A stretch of DNA of 64,000 nt, taken from NCBI GenBank assembly GCA_000182565.2, contig KQ257457.1; one strand, given 5' to 3'. Shown here one piece after another: positions 14,301 to 27,690 of this stretch; positions within the stretch are counted from its first letter, which is position 1, and every line of letters starts with the position of its first letter. Position numbers and translations under genes: made by a program. The notes under the pieces were generated by a model. The model was not told the origin of the DNA and did no database searches. It saw only the letters and a program-made list of their open reading frames with translations. This stretch comes from Spizellomyces punctatus DAOM BR117 (taxonomy: Eukaryota).

Positions 14301-15308
14301 ACCGTAAACGGTCATTGATTGTTGAACTTTTGATTTTTCCCAATGCTGACGGTCCCCGAATGTGCAGACGGCCGTGGCACCAAAGACTGATGCATCCTAA
14401 AGGTTTGGGTGGGGCATGGACGATCATCTTATTCAGCGTTCATATAATAAGATATCTACAAGGGTCAATACCTCTGGTTTAAAGTCCATGGTAACAGTCA
14501 AACTCGAACCGGGTGTTAACGAGCCAGTTCGCGGCGAAATCGCAAAGGGTTTCTGTATTGCCCACTCAAAATGGCTTGCCAGCTCCCCCACGTTTTTCAA
14601 AGAAAACGTCTTTTTGGCTGTCTCGCGCACTGGGCACAATGTAAAATCCACCGTTTCGGGAAATTCTAGGACATGCTCCGGCAGGGTTGCTTTGACAGGG
14701 ACGTAAAACTTGCCGAATGAGGTCGTGAATTCAATTACGTCGTGGTAGTTTTCCTGATTCAAACGTTAGCTAAATGCCACGGGCTACGCTAAGCGCTGAT
14801 TCAAAGGTGAATTCACCTTGGCTACAGGTCTAAATGTAATCGGCACTGTCCAATTCATTCCCGCACTCAAGGTCACTGTTTCCGGAAACTCCATAGAAAA
14901 GTATCGCGTTTGTGGGAGCTTGTACTTTATTTTCTGCGTTTTCATGACCACATTTTTGACTACGAGATGCTTGACATGCTCGCCTCCCGGTTCCCTAGCA
15001 TCATAGCATCTCGATGAGCATGGTTTTCCTGGACAATACATGCATGGTCTGTGCTTGTAGTGAGTGCCTCACCAATGAGTGAAATGTACCAGCTCAGCAC
15101 AGTCAATCCCAAATTGTAACCTCCTGTCATGCCTGCTGGGAGTGGGGATGTACTCTCTTTGTTTTCCTGGCAATGAAGGTGGATGTGGGTTTTGGGTAGG
15201 ATTGACTGCATCTTCGACTGATTTGTCCGAACCAAACGTGACGATGGCGGGATGAATTGTTGTGTTGCCGGCAGCACCGGATTGGGATATTCGTCCTGCT
15301 GTTATCAT
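8301..15308 (-). CDS. CFAP65: Cilia- and flagella-associated protein 65 (CCDC108), multi-exon, repeated ASH/MSP-like Ig domains
   Basis: N-terminal FGIDCAELVHFTHW-EPGGEHVKHLVVKNVVMKTQKIKYKLPQTRYF...VPITFRPV...VPVKATLP, internal FKSMRNFRLVNQDTFTPPWCLT and FYFPNDLEIEIEHWADP, C-terminal TIFNLMQEA; these fit CFAP65 as I recall it. Confidence 0.85.
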
Positions 15309-15601
15309 GTTGTCATTCGGTGTGCTCGAGAACACACTTCCAGGACACTTGGAGAACGCGTCTGCTAGATCGTCGCGTACAAGCCACCTCAGCGGAGTTT
15401 GCTTACGATTTTGGCAACTTCCACAAAATGGTGGAATTGGATACAAATTTCGAAAGCTGCATCAAAGGTGGTCATACTGAAGGAATAGCGCAAACTTTAT
15501 GGGGAATTTTAAAATCAAGTCGAGACTTGGTTGGATATCTTATGTATTCATGATGCATAGAAGTGACAGCAGCGACGCTACTTGACTCGGCGATCAAACA
15601 C

Positions 15602-16452
15602 TTAAGCCTTTGCCTGGGGGCATTTTTTCCATTGGAACTGGTACTTTTGAACGATCTTGCCGTCTCTACATGATAGATGGCAATGTAAGAGATGGAGAAG
15701 AAGACTAAATATGAAGCTGCCGGATGAGGATACGTACACAGAGTCAGTGGTGAGGACACCTCCAGCTTTGGGGTTCTTGGTGTTCGATACGAAGATGCTG
15801 GTGTTGATGTTTACCGGACGATCTTCGCCGCAAGGGGACCAAGACTGGGATGTAAAGTCAATCTCATCACGAATGGCGTAGTTTTTAGCGATGGGACCGT
15901 TCACACTCATTTCCGTCGTAGTCTAAGGGAACAAAGGATTGAGCTTGATGTGGGAATATTATGAATCGATATGCTACATACGGTGCGGCCATCTCCCTGG
16001 AAGTAGTAGATGGATTGCTGACGACCGGTGACATCCTTGTCAAGCTCGGCCCAACCACGGAAGTCCGCAGAGGCAATCGAATATTGCCATCCACCAGGAA
16101 TATGAAGTTGGACGGTCAACTGGCAGTTCTTGCGGTTCTCAGTTCTGGGGATGCCCGGGCCAGCGGACGCGATGAATTTATCAAAGAGAACAGTGAAGGA
16201 CTTTTTGTCATCTAAAGAAAGATAGGAAATTTGTTATTAGCTTGAACTGCAGATATGACCATTTTTCGACTCCGCTTGCTCCTTACCGGCCAAGACGACT
16301 TGAGCGGAAGGAGGAGATATGGGACATCCAGAGCCATTGTAGCTGACGCCCTTAACGTAGACCTGGTTGGGGTCAGGTGTAGGTTCAGTAGGAGCAGCAC
16401 TGGCGGCAGTGGCAGCAAGGGCGACGAGAGGAAGAATGGTTGTAAGCTTCAT
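15602..16452 (-). CDS. Secreted DUF4360 family protein
   Basis: Signal peptide MKLTTILPLVALAATAASA; VSYNGSGCP; RKNCQLTVQLHIPGGWQYSIASADFRGWA; WSPCG...NINTSI; KYQFQWKKC. Confidence 0.85.
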
Positions 16453-17664
16453 GTTGAGTTCTGAGTATGAGGTGCGTCGCGGAGTGAATGAGACTAGACC
16501 CAATGCGATGTGGGATGCGACAGAGGATGGGCTTGCAACCACTGCGTTTTTATCCCTTTTCCTTGGACAGTATCTTTTCGCGCCTTTTAATTCAAGCCTT
16601 CATGTTGAAAAGTGTGTAAAGTTTTCTGTGTACTTGTTTGGTGGATCACGAATCATGCGTGTTGTCCCGTGTAAGCGAGTGATAAACAAATGCACGAAAA
16701 ATGGCTACGGGCGAAGCATGCACCTTGTGGTTACATTTGTGAAGGCACGACCAATGTACCCCAGGATCTCCCAAATTCTTGCTTCTTTCTACATGCATTT
16801 GGTTGTCAGGTAGCAAATGCTCCGCTACACAAATTTACCCAAACGCTTTGAGTCTTCAATCCTATGTGAAAGACAAGAGAAAAGGCCCCCAAAAGATGGC
16901 TTTTGAGTGCTTTTGTGGCTTTTTACAGTGATCTCTGTTGCGCACATTTTTTGTATTTTGGAGGGTTGATGCCCAAACGTAGGCAAATCGATGAAAGTGC
17001 TGCACAAGCTGCACAGCCAAAAGGTTGAAAGGCTCCACCACGAGGATCCGCGCGACTAAGCCTCGCGTGCGCGCACTCAAAAAGCTAAAATTGCCTTGAT
17101 CGGCGCAAGCACAAGCTATTTTCCTGCAGCCAACACATTTCCTTCAATGGGAAGGTTTAAAGGCCGCTCTCTCGTGATGCAAGGCAACTTGGAGGTTGCG
17201 TCTTTCCTTTGATCGTACGGCCTGAATGCTGGGTTGAAAACACTGCCGACAAGTGCGCATACTGATCATGCAACTTGTAGCGGTTGGCAAACATACCCTT
17301 TTCTTGTTCCCGCAAGGAATTACACCGAGCTGCTTGGGTTGTAGTAAACAATTGGGCTGTTTTCAGAAAATGGCGTAGCCTGTTTGTTTATTCCTTTCTT
17401 CCACCAATTCTATCGCCTCAAAGTTCATTAGTTCGCCAACTTTTGGAGGGGGAGTGGGGCATGGTCGTCAATAGGGAGGGGCCTTCGAATCAATATCCGT
17501 AGCACGCTTTTCAATTTATTGTATAGGCAGTCCGTCAGTCCTACCGACATCCAACCAGTAACAAGACAGCCACGGCGACCAAAGAAACGGCGATCATAGT
17601 AACAATCTCAATCCAAACGCCTAAAATCCAACAAGGGTATATTTGCCCCATCATGCTAAAATCT

Positions 17665-18630
17665 TCACCGACACAACAGCTCGTACTCGATCCCAATTCC
17701 CATACCCATCTCGTCCATTTCCACACAAGGAAGTTGCGCCCACACAAGGTTCTTCGTGCCTATCAATAATACTGAGATAAGGACGATGTACGGTTTGAAA
17801 AATCCCCATTCAAATCAAGAACTAACCCGAAAGGTCCATCCGATCCGTGCTAGTAACCCCTTCTGAAAGGAACATCCAGAAATGACCATTGTTGCATGAA
17901 TCCAAGCACTTATCGCAGGGTTGAGTTACGTGGTATCCAATTACATTGCCACTGTTGGGTAAATGGAGAGCGTTATAACGGTCTGCTGTATAATGAGGAA
18001 ACGTGGATATGATCACCGTACCATCCCAAACAGGCCACATCTCGGATTCGGCAGCGGCAGTTCCGAGTCATGTAATCGTGGTCTACTAGTTGGACTCGGC
18101 TACAGGACAGAAACCATTGTGAGTATAGTGATTCGAAATTTTGTTACATAAAAGGATGAGGGAGTGCGTCGACATACTTTGATGGTGGAGTATCCGTTGA
18201 ATACAGCTCAACCTTTTCCAATGACAAGAATTGACGGTCATCCAAAGTCCGGCAGAACGACCAAGGGAGCATGACAGACAGAACTCACCCTCAAATCCCC
18301 CAATAAAATAGCTTTCATCCCCCTAGAACAGACTACACTGTCACAATGTCGGCAGCTCAAAGTGCACACCGTTTTTGATCGAAAATGCGGGTGACTAGAT
18401 GTGCCAGGTCGGGGTGGTCGAACGACATCTCCTCGATCTTGCGCTCGGGGATCTCGGTCAGGAGTTTGTGCTTGGTGGGCTGGATGCGGGTGGGGGTGAG
18501 GGTGAGGTGGATGTTGTCGCGGACGGTGAAGGGAACGACGTTGGTTCGGAGGTTGGAGAACAGTGAACGACGTACTGGAGGTTCGGGGAAGCAGGGAGGA
18601 GCGAGGACGGGGCAGGTATGATGACGACAT
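17665..18630 (-). CDS. FAM72: FAM72 family Cys-rich (Zn-binding) protein
   Basis: FRSKTVCTLSCRHCDSVVCSRGMKAILLGD / ELYSTD / [40 protein letters not shown], the FAM72 signature, reconstructed across introns. Confidence 0.88.
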
Positions 18631-19586
18631 TGCCTTTTTGTCGTTTCTAACAGGTAGGCAGATGTTCGTAGACGGCGGAGAGAATGTTGAAGATACCGGC
18701 TGGTAGCGAATATTATCCCTTCTCGTCACGCCAAAAACCTCCGCACACCACCACCGCCAGCAAAACAACCTCAGAAATGCAAAATCCAAATCACTCCACA
18801 CCTAAATATCCGCAGAAAAATAGCTTATGGACCAATCGGATATTTTTGAATGTTGGTAAACTGGAAGTTTGGTCATCTGCGACGGAAATAGAGATTCAGG
18901 ATTTGCTTTGGACGACGCTGGAGTGATATCCATTCCTTTCTGTCGGAGATTTTTTGCAACAATACAGCTAGCCTGTGCACTACGGTAAAAGCATGAATTT
19001 TCAGAGTAGGACATTTTGCCCCGGCCATATACCATTTGCAAGAAGGGGTTTGACGACAAAGATATGACCCATTTCGCAGGGCGACGATCTCTCGTCACGT
19101 CATTTGCAGAATACAAAGGTATCGAGAGAGTCCCATCTGTCGTATTCTCCATACCTTTATATTCCCTGACACATGAAGCCTCACTGGTAAAGAAGACACC
19201 AGCTGTGCTAGGGGCAAGTATGATTGGTGAATGCAAGCAGCAGCAGCTGCTCCGTCTTCAAGAAATAAATACAATTCGTGTGAACAGGTCTTTGCCAATG
19301 TGTGCCAAAGAAACCATGTTTCTCAAAGGTGACATGGCATTCAATGCCTTTCAAAATAACACTATAGTAACCTTTGGGCATGAAATGAAAGGTGCAATCT
19401 TTCATAACTGCAAACCGCGGAAACCAATTGCAAGCTAATGTCAGTAGGATTCGTCATAGACAACCAACGCTGAATCGACAGAGGGGTGTCATGCAATTTA
19501 TATATATATCTATGAAAGTTGAATGCGCAACGCCGTCCAGATTGGCTCTATCCTAACAACAGAGCTGCTCCACCAAAACCATTTCC

Positions 19587-20429
19587 TTACAGTCTTCTCC
19601 TTTTTGGTGGTCGACAGCCCGCATGCCGCACCTTTGTAACATCAGTCACACGGGTAATCCTCCATCCTGCCGCCAAAATCGCCCGAAACGCCTGATCCCG
19701 TCCAGGCCCAAACCCCTGCAACTTCAGATGGATCCCTTTCTCCATAACCTCAGTCTGAATGTTCACACCATGATAGACTTTCGGTTTGTCACTAGCCTTC
19801 TTTTCTGCAGGTAAGTTAGAGGCAAGTTCGGTAAGGTGTATGACTGACTGATAACCAGCGTCGGGGGTACCGCGTGCTGCTTTGCGAAGTTTGAGACGCC
19901 CAGCAGAGCTCCAAGTCAATACGTTGCCCTCGGGGTTTGTAAGGACACAGACGGTGTTGTTACGATTGGCTGTGACGTGAACGATATAGTGATTGTCGAA
20001 ATTGGGCCTTATGTACATGTCGCTGGCGGTGGAGATCAGCGACGCACGCCCAAAATTCTCTCTGCGTCCTTTGGGGAAATCTTTCCATTCAGCGTCAACT
20101 TCCATTGCCTTCTTCGATTTCGGTGTACTAGTGCGAAGCAAATCAAAAAGTTGCGACCCTAGTGGAGTCATGCTCTCCCCGCCGTTACTGTCACCCAGAG
20201 GACTCGCTTTGGTATCCCAAAACCCGCCCTTCGTTCCAAACGTTCTTGAACAAGCGCCGCTCTTCCAGGCAACCGTGGTGCCGTTGGGCACGGACCTCCC
20301 CAGTGCTGGCGGTCGTTGTTTAGCCGCTAGACATAGCCGTCGAAGGGAGGACATGGCGTTGAGAGAATCAGCAGCGAAAGTTGTCGCCTGCAAAACGCTC
20401 CTACTGCAGTGCGACATCTCAGTTGCCAT
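19587..20429 (-). CDS. MRPS11: Mitochondrial ribosomal protein uS11m (true start may be ATG at 20354)
   Basis: IVHVTANRNNTVCVLT...WSSAG...LQGFGPGRDQAF...DVTKVRHAGCRPPKRRRL; Arg/Ser-rich presequence. Confidence 0.9.
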   Translation of the reverse strand: MATEMSHCSRSVLQATTFAADSLNAMSSLRRLCLAAKQRPPALGRSVPNGTTVAWKSGACSRTFGTKGGFWDTKASPLGDSNGGESMTPLGSQLFDLLRTSTPKSKKAMEVDAEWKDFPKGRRENFGRASLISTASDMYIRPNFDNHYIVHVTANRNNTVCVLTNPEGNVLTWSSAGRLKLRKAARGTPDAGYQSVIHLTELASNLPAEKKASDKPKVYHGVNIQTEVMEKGIHLKLQGFGPGRDQAFRAILAAGWRITRVTDVTKVRHAGCRPPKRRRL

Positions 20430-20556
20430 GGCGACACATTATATTGTATCTATCCATACTGGTTCGAAGCAATGGTTTGATGAGTCAGAAAGCAACACCC
20501 AGCTGGGCAAAGCTTTTGAGCAGATCTTGGCTTGAGGGTAGAGCATCAATCACAGC

Positions 20557-22866
20557 ATGATAGACAGAAGAACTCAGAAATATGATAGGCAGCTACGGTA
20601 TGCGCTTTTACCTTGTGAATAGTTGGGAGTTCTGGTCGCTTTTTCGCTCTCTTCGAAGTGGCTAATGAATGACTCGGGTTTGGCCTTTGTCATTTCACAG
20701 CCTGTGGCATGCACACGGCCAATCTGCACTGGAAAACGCGAACGTATGTCTTCTGAACGGGTCGGCAGTCGGTACTGAAATCTTGAAGAATCTGATCCTT
20801 CCAGGTGAGTGCACGGTTTGCCTTTGCTGTGGACCATTTCGTGTGACTGGTCTCTTCACCTAGCGATCGGTTCCTTTACGGTCGTCGACGGCAAAGCAGT
20901 GGAAGTGGCTGACTTGGGAAACAACTTCTTTCTAACACAAGAATGCTTGGGCCAATCAAGGGCAAAGTGCGTGACCCAACTGTTGAATGAATTGAATGAA
21001 GAGGTAGAGGGCAAGTTCTTGGAAGAGGTATGTGTCATATGCGCTTTGCATTGGAATATCTACCATTCAGTATCTCAAGGTTTGGTTGGTATGCAGGATC
21101 CTACGGTGCTGATAGAAGCGAATCCATCGTATTTTCAACAATATTCTCTTATCATTGCGAGTCAATTACCTACATCCAGTTTATTGAGGTTGGCTGATAT
21201 ATGCTGGGAAACGAATATCCCGTTGGTGATTGTGCGGACGTACGGCTTGTTTGGATACGCCAGGATAGCTGTGAGAGAGCATCACAGTACGTCACGTCGC
21301 TGGATCCAGGTTACAGTTCCATTCTAACTTCTTCTCTCATTGCAGTTGTTGAGACACATCCCGATCAGATTGTTGACCTTCGCCTTGACTGTCCCTTTCC
21401 TGTCTTGCGTGACATGGTGCAAGGATACGATATCAGCCAGCTGGACTCAATGGCCTATGGTCATATACCGTATATTATCCTGCTACTTATGTGCCTCGAA
21501 GAGTGGAAGAGCGTGGTAGGGTTTGTGCCAGTGGCCTGACATTTTTGCAGATGCTGATGACGCTGACCGCTAGTTTGCAGCATGATGGGAAACTACCGCT
21601 GACAAGCACAGAGCGATCGCAATTTAAAGATCTCATTCGTAGCAAGCAACGGGAAGATGTGGGTGAGAATCAGAACTTCGAGGAGGCTTTGGCTGCTGCC
21701 TACCGAGCATGGACGCCGACAAAGGTATATTGCCTTACCATATCTTTCATATCTTTATCTGCTAAGAATTTCGTATTTTCAGATACCTTCTCATATTCAA
21801 GACATCCTTCAAGATTCAGCGGCCGACAACATCACGGAGCATGTAAGTTATTCTCACCATGTCTTTTAGTTACGGCCCAATTACCTAATCCAGTTTTCGT
21901 AGACGCCCACCTTTTGGGTGATTGCAAGGGCGGTTCGCGACTTTGTTACGAATGAGGGAGGAGGATATCTTCCCCTCGCGGGTACAGTCCCTGATATGCA
22001 TGCGGACACTGAGTCCTACGTGAAACTGCAAACCATGTAAGTTTCAACAGTTTGCTCAATCCTGCGGTTAGTCCGTAAATAACTTGATAATTGTTAGCTA
22101 CCGTACAAAAGCCCGAGAAGATTGCGCTGCTGTAAAGGAAAGGGTGAAAAGTATCCTCGTGTCGTCAGGAAGGTCGCAAGATGCTGTGTCAGAAGAAGAG
22201 ATTGAAAGATTCTGCAAGAACGCGGCCTATCTGAAGGTTATACGATATCGTTCGCTCAAGGAGGAATACGAACAGTGCACATTGACGGGGAAGAAGATTG
22301 GTAGGAATGCGTCAAATCTGAACGAATCCCATCCTTTACGGCAATCTGAATTTTGCTGTATCAGGCAATTGGCTCTCGGATCCCGATGATAACATCGTGT
22401 TTTATGTGTTAGTACGGGCCGCAGACCTGTTCTACGAAAGAATGCAACGATATCCAGGTATGTTGTCCTCCCATTTAAAGGTTAACTTGCTAGCAATATA
22501 ACTCAATGTTTTCAGGCGCAGGAATCGAGAATGTGGACGAGGACATAAGTCCAATGAGGCAGTGTGTAAGCGAGCTTCTAGCGCAATGGGATAGACCAGA
22601 TGCAGCTGTATCCGACGATCTTATTTTGGAGATGTAAGTCACTACCAACGAAGACCAATTTCCTCTTTAAGATGTCCTAACATGTGCTCATCCACGTTAT
22701 CCCCAGTGTTCGCGCAGGTGCTTCGGAATTGCACACTATCGCAGCATTGCAAGGGGGAATCGTATCGCAAGAGATCATCAAATTGCTCACCCGTCAGTAC
22801 GTGCCGTTGAATAATACTGTCGTATTTAACGGAATAAAATCTGGGGCCTCGGTGTATGCGCTCTGA
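20557..22866 (+). CDS. NAE1: NEDD8-activating enzyme E1 regulatory subunit (APP-BP1/Ula1)
   Basis: [78 protein letters not shown]; many GT-AG introns. Confidence 0.93.
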
Positions 22867-23015
22867 TAGAAAAGACAGAAACTGACACCCAAACTGTTGC
22901 ATCGGAGAGTTACTTTCATTGAAATCTACTCTGAAAACTATACAAATATAATACCACAAAAACAAAAACTTCGGAAATTGAACACGTAGCAGTTCCAATG
23001 AATACAATCCGTGGA

Positions 23016-26000
23016 TTATGCCCCCTGATCTGCTCCTTCCCTAGACCCATTTTCCCCTTCTTCCTTCCTCCACCATCCCAAGACTGCGCTCAAGCCCGCC
23101 TCCGACAATTTGCGCCGCAAAGTTCCTCCCGCCACAATACTGCTTCTTCGCTCTGTTATCGATTCCCTCTTTCCATGACCTGCGGACTCACTAATTGCCG
23201 GGGACGGGGTCCTACTCAGAGGTGCTGGAACATCCATTGTACCCAAGAATCCACGTACATCCGATGGCAGTCGTAACAAGGGCGGCGATTGGCATCCTAC
23301 CTCCGTGTCAGTACCCTCATGATCCGAAGTAGACGTTAAATCATCGGACGACTTTTCATGCTTTAACGGAGACTGGAACGCTGCAAACGGATCCCCTGAG
23401 CGCAAGGGGGATGATTGAGGCATTGGTGTGCCCACAAAATCAGTGGGTGCCGGGTTCACGCTTCCTGCCAGAAGCTTTGCCTGTTTGGCATGAGTGCCTT
23501 GTATGACGTCCATCAACGCGTCGGATGACGGCGATCGACTCGCGGAACCCGTAAAAGCCTTTCCGCTACCTTTGCTTATACTACCCGTAATGCTCTTTTG
23601 CCGCTCGCGATCGCGATCGGAAGGTTCAAGGATTTTAGAAAGGGTCATGAGTTGCTCTTCGGTAAGGCAGGGAGGATGTGTGCAGTAACTGTGCAGGGTG
23701 ATGGGGAGTTGCGACGGAGATGTTGATGGAATAAGGACGTCCTCATCTTGGTTGAAAGAGAACTTGTACCGTTGGTACTCTCGAATGGCATTGATGACAT
23801 TGTATATCATCCGTTGCTTTTCGAAATTGATGAGTCCATTTGACAAGACTTTCTGGTTTCCATCATTTAAGAATGTCAGATCTTTGATGATGAGTCCAAA
23901 GAATGGGAGGAGAGGTGGTTTGGACATGTGCTCCAGTTCGCGGTACGTTTTGTAGTTGCCACGGTAAGACAGTCGGGACTCTAGGTCCTGATATGCGGAT
24001 GTCGTTCGTGACGATAAGCCCGCAAATGTCTTCTTTAGGCGTGAGACGGGCCCCGTATTCAATCCTGATAGAATGGCCATGGCAGTGTTGTAATTTTGTA
24101 GCTCCATACACCTATTTGCGATCTTAATGAACGTCTCTAACGCTTCGGACCGCTTTCGGTGTTCTGGAAAGGAAAGAACGACAGTTCCAACCCAGTAGCC
24201 TACGCGGTTGAATCGGTCGATGTACGCCTGTAGTCGCTGGGCGCGCCAGTCTTTCGCACCACCACCCCATAAGAGAACGGCAAACTCCTCCGGTCGGATG
24301 GCTCGGAACATTTTCGAATCGACCAAAGTGAGCTGCTGGGCAATCTTTTTGCTGGACTGGGAGAGAAGGTCAAAGTCGCGAAGTAGAACTTTGAGATCGT
24401 CAGGTTTCTGCCCATCGCCCGCTGAATCAGGTGACGAACTTTCCTGCTGTTTCGAGTCGAGATTTTCGAGCTCGTGCTGGACCAGAGATTGGATTTGTTT
24501 GGCGTACGAGCTGTGTTCGCTTGCTTTCACGAGTTCCAGGAATTTATTCAAAGCTGCCATTGTTTCCGGTTCCACGAAATCGTAGCAGTATTCGCCCACC
24601 TGTGCGAAGTGTTAGGGGACCTCCCGGAAAGTGGCAGGAATACCGGACACTTACCCATCGCTTGACCAAACTGACGATCCGATTCATAATGTTTGACGGA
24701 ACCTGTGAGTTCTCCATTGACTGTATTCTATCCATTTGCTTTTGATAATGCTCAGTCAGTTTTATTACGAATTGATCAGCCGATATAAAATGTCGAAACG
24801 TCAGCAGGAACGTATTTAAGTAGGATAAATCTGTCGACATAGTGGGTCAGAACTTTGTGTCAAACGCCCACCGTGGACGCCCACATCTGGTCTTTACCTG
24901 GCTCTGGTTGATCTATCAGTGCCTCCACCAGGGCATCCACAGTTCCTGCCGTGATTTCGTAGCCGTGCTGCCTCAAATTCTTGATCAAGACTTCTTTTCC
25001 TGATGTGTCCAAGCTTTTCACAACAGCTGGTAGCGACTCTGTGCGTAATGGAGAAGAGTTAAATTGCATCTAAACTGAGATCTGCTGTCATGACTTATGT
25101 ACCATTTAGGCTTTCGTGGCTGGTTGTACCACTATCTTTGACTGCAGGGGAGACGGCGGATTGCTGCTTCTTTTTCTTTACGCTGACCTTGGAGGCCATT
25201 TTCCTGCGAAGCAGAAACTCTGGGTTGGACTCTGTTCTTGCAGGATTGGAACATATTCAATACCTACTTCAACGTAAATCCAGTGAGAGATCCATATTTC
25301 TCTGGCTTCCCGTTCGCTTCTACCGGAATGTCATTGACACTCGGTCTATGATTTGAATCCCCATACGTCTCGCCCACCGGTTCTGTCTCCGCTCTTTGCC
25401 GCCCACCACTCGTGTCAACCTTGCTACCAAAAAGTGCCATGACAGACGATCGCCCTTGTTTTTTTGTTGCCAAGGAAAGGAGCGGTTCAGATGAGGTTTT
25501 GGAATGTGATGCCAAAGACTGAAGACTGCGAATGCTGGCGACGGAATCTCGGACGACAATGTCAGGCTTCTGCGACGCTACTGACGCACGTCGACTACTA
25601 GGTTCATCATCTAACAAAGAAGGATCTGACTTCGCTTTTGTTCGGGATATCGAGGCGTAATCATACCGCACTTGATTCTTCCATTTGCGCTGTTCAGCCG
25701 CCGGCTCGGTTGGTGCGGCATCCGCCGCCCCACTTTCGCCGCGCGAATGGTACCGAGACTCGATATATAGTTTGGCAAGTACGGCTTTTTGAGCCACACT
25801 AGCTTCTCCTCCGCTATCTTGGTCTGAGTCTTGGTTTGTCAGCTGATCCAGACTTTTGCTCGTCCGGCGACTGCCGCGTCCAATCGTAGTATCTATGCCG
25901 GGTCTATGAGACAACCTTCTCCGGCCTGCCCAAGTCTCGTACTGCCCCTTTGCAGCATCCTCATTCGTTCCCTCGTCAGCTTCGAGTAGTGAAGACAACG

Positions 26001-26738
26001 ATGCCTCCTGCTTCTCAGCCCCGCGATTGGGATCCTTATGCTCGTTGAGTCGCTTGTTCTTGATTTTGATGATGATCGCAATTGCTCGTCCCATCGCCTC
26101 GAATATCTCAAAATACTAGCAAGATTCCCGTATTATCAGCAAGAAGCTTAAACAGTCAGCTTGCGGCCGGCAATGTTATACTCAAATACGTACCAACCTT
26201 TTCGGAGCGGAACTTGAACTCCCGCAAGAGCCCATCAGCATCCATGTGCGAGAAGCAGAAGGTTTGTTTACCTCGATTGTGGGAGTATTTGATAATTTCC
26301 TCGATGGGAAATTCTACAATCAATGAACCCTTGCTTTCGTTCTCACTAATGTGAACGCCGAGAAGATCAACTTTGACAAACACCTCCTCATGGCCATTAA
26401 GAATAGGAACTACGCTGGAGGCTGGCTGGATAAAAAGGTTAATCCTCGAACGATCCGTGCAGTTGTCAACGATTCCAATGAGCATACCTGAGCAAAATAC
26501 CCCACACCTTTCTGCAGTTCGAGAAATTCCGTTAGCACATCGGCTTCTTGCGGCCCTGCCGCAAACATAAGGGATGGCTTCTATAGGTGGAGAAGCATAA
26601 GATGGGAGGTTCGCAGAGAGTTGCATTCGGAGAAAAATTCACCTCAGAAGCTTGGGGCCCCCCAGATTTATCTGGTCCACCTTTCTTGCCTGAGAACGCC
26701 CTCTTAACAAAGCTTTGTGCGGCACTCTCTCGTCCCAT
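23016..26738 (-). CDS. Ras guanine-nucleotide exchange factor (REM + CDC25 domain) with N-terminal PH/PTB-like segment
   Basis: REM motifs (AGTVDALVEALI, YLNTFLLTFRHFIS); CDC25 domain IAQQLTLVD...FNRVGYWV...LQNYNTAMAILSGL...PFFGLIIKDLTFLNDGN...LINFEK. 5' end uncertain. Confidence 0.88.
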
Positions 26739-27690
26739 GATGCTACTGATCCACAGTTTACAAATTTGACATTCGCCGGATAGTTAAAGTGGAAGCGGGG
26801 CACGGAGTGGAAAGTGGGAGATTTATGGAGTAAGATGAGCGTATGCCGTCTTTGATCTGTACAGTGCACAAGAGGACATGTGAAATTAGCACTTGTGCTG
26901 AGTCAACTGGTAGACGAAAAGAGATGCAAAAAGGAGGCCATCTCCCGCTCTAGTCGCAGAGGAGGAAGACAGCTTAGCAGGTCGGACCCTCATGCCAGGT
27001 TCGACATTACCCACGACGTAATCCTCTCTCCTTCATTTGCCACTCGACTAGCTTATTCTGCCTACCTCTTCTGCAAAACGATGAAAGCAAGTTGACCCAA
27101 GTTGTCACACGAGTCTCCAACTATACTAGGGCACAAGGAGCGATAGAGGGTTCAGGTATACCATCCCATTTTACCATAACAACAAGATCAACATAACACT
27201 GCACGCCACACAACTGCCCTCCACCATTGTTGTTGCACATAAATAGGCACAATAATAGACTATCAATTGCGATTTAGATGAAGAGCTTTATTGCTTTTGA
27301 CATTGCATAGGCATCACATTGGAGGGCATTTTATGTTTTTTGAATAAGCAGGGAGCAAAACAGCATATATCGTTGTTGCCTTCCAATCATTAACAGAATG
27401 AATGAGCTAGACTAATAAGTCCGGCCAGCAATGGAACCAAAACGGGTATAACATGTCGTGGTTTTGAACAGATCTGCCAGCTCGTAACCTGCGACGTCTG
27501 TAATCCCTTCGACATGTGGGTAGGGACGATCCGACACCACCCGAGTCGTCTCCTTTCTCCAAGGGGCAGCGCACACGGAAAAGGAGAGCGGACGACGGAC
27601 AGCATGATTATGTCATCATTGTAATCTATCCATATATGGAAAGTCTGAATTGTTTTTGTCGGCGCGACTTTTGGAAAGTCCAGCAGTTTC

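Noticed and set aside
18684-19438. Overlapping 140-144 aa ORFs on both strands between FAM72 and uS11m
   Set aside because: No recognisable domain and no convincing exon chain; a small orphan gene cannot be excluded.
27600-27650. ATGATTA...CTGA resembling box C/D upstream of NOP58
   Set aside because: Box C is imperfect, the span is only ~45 nt, and there is no clear terminal stem or rRNA guide.
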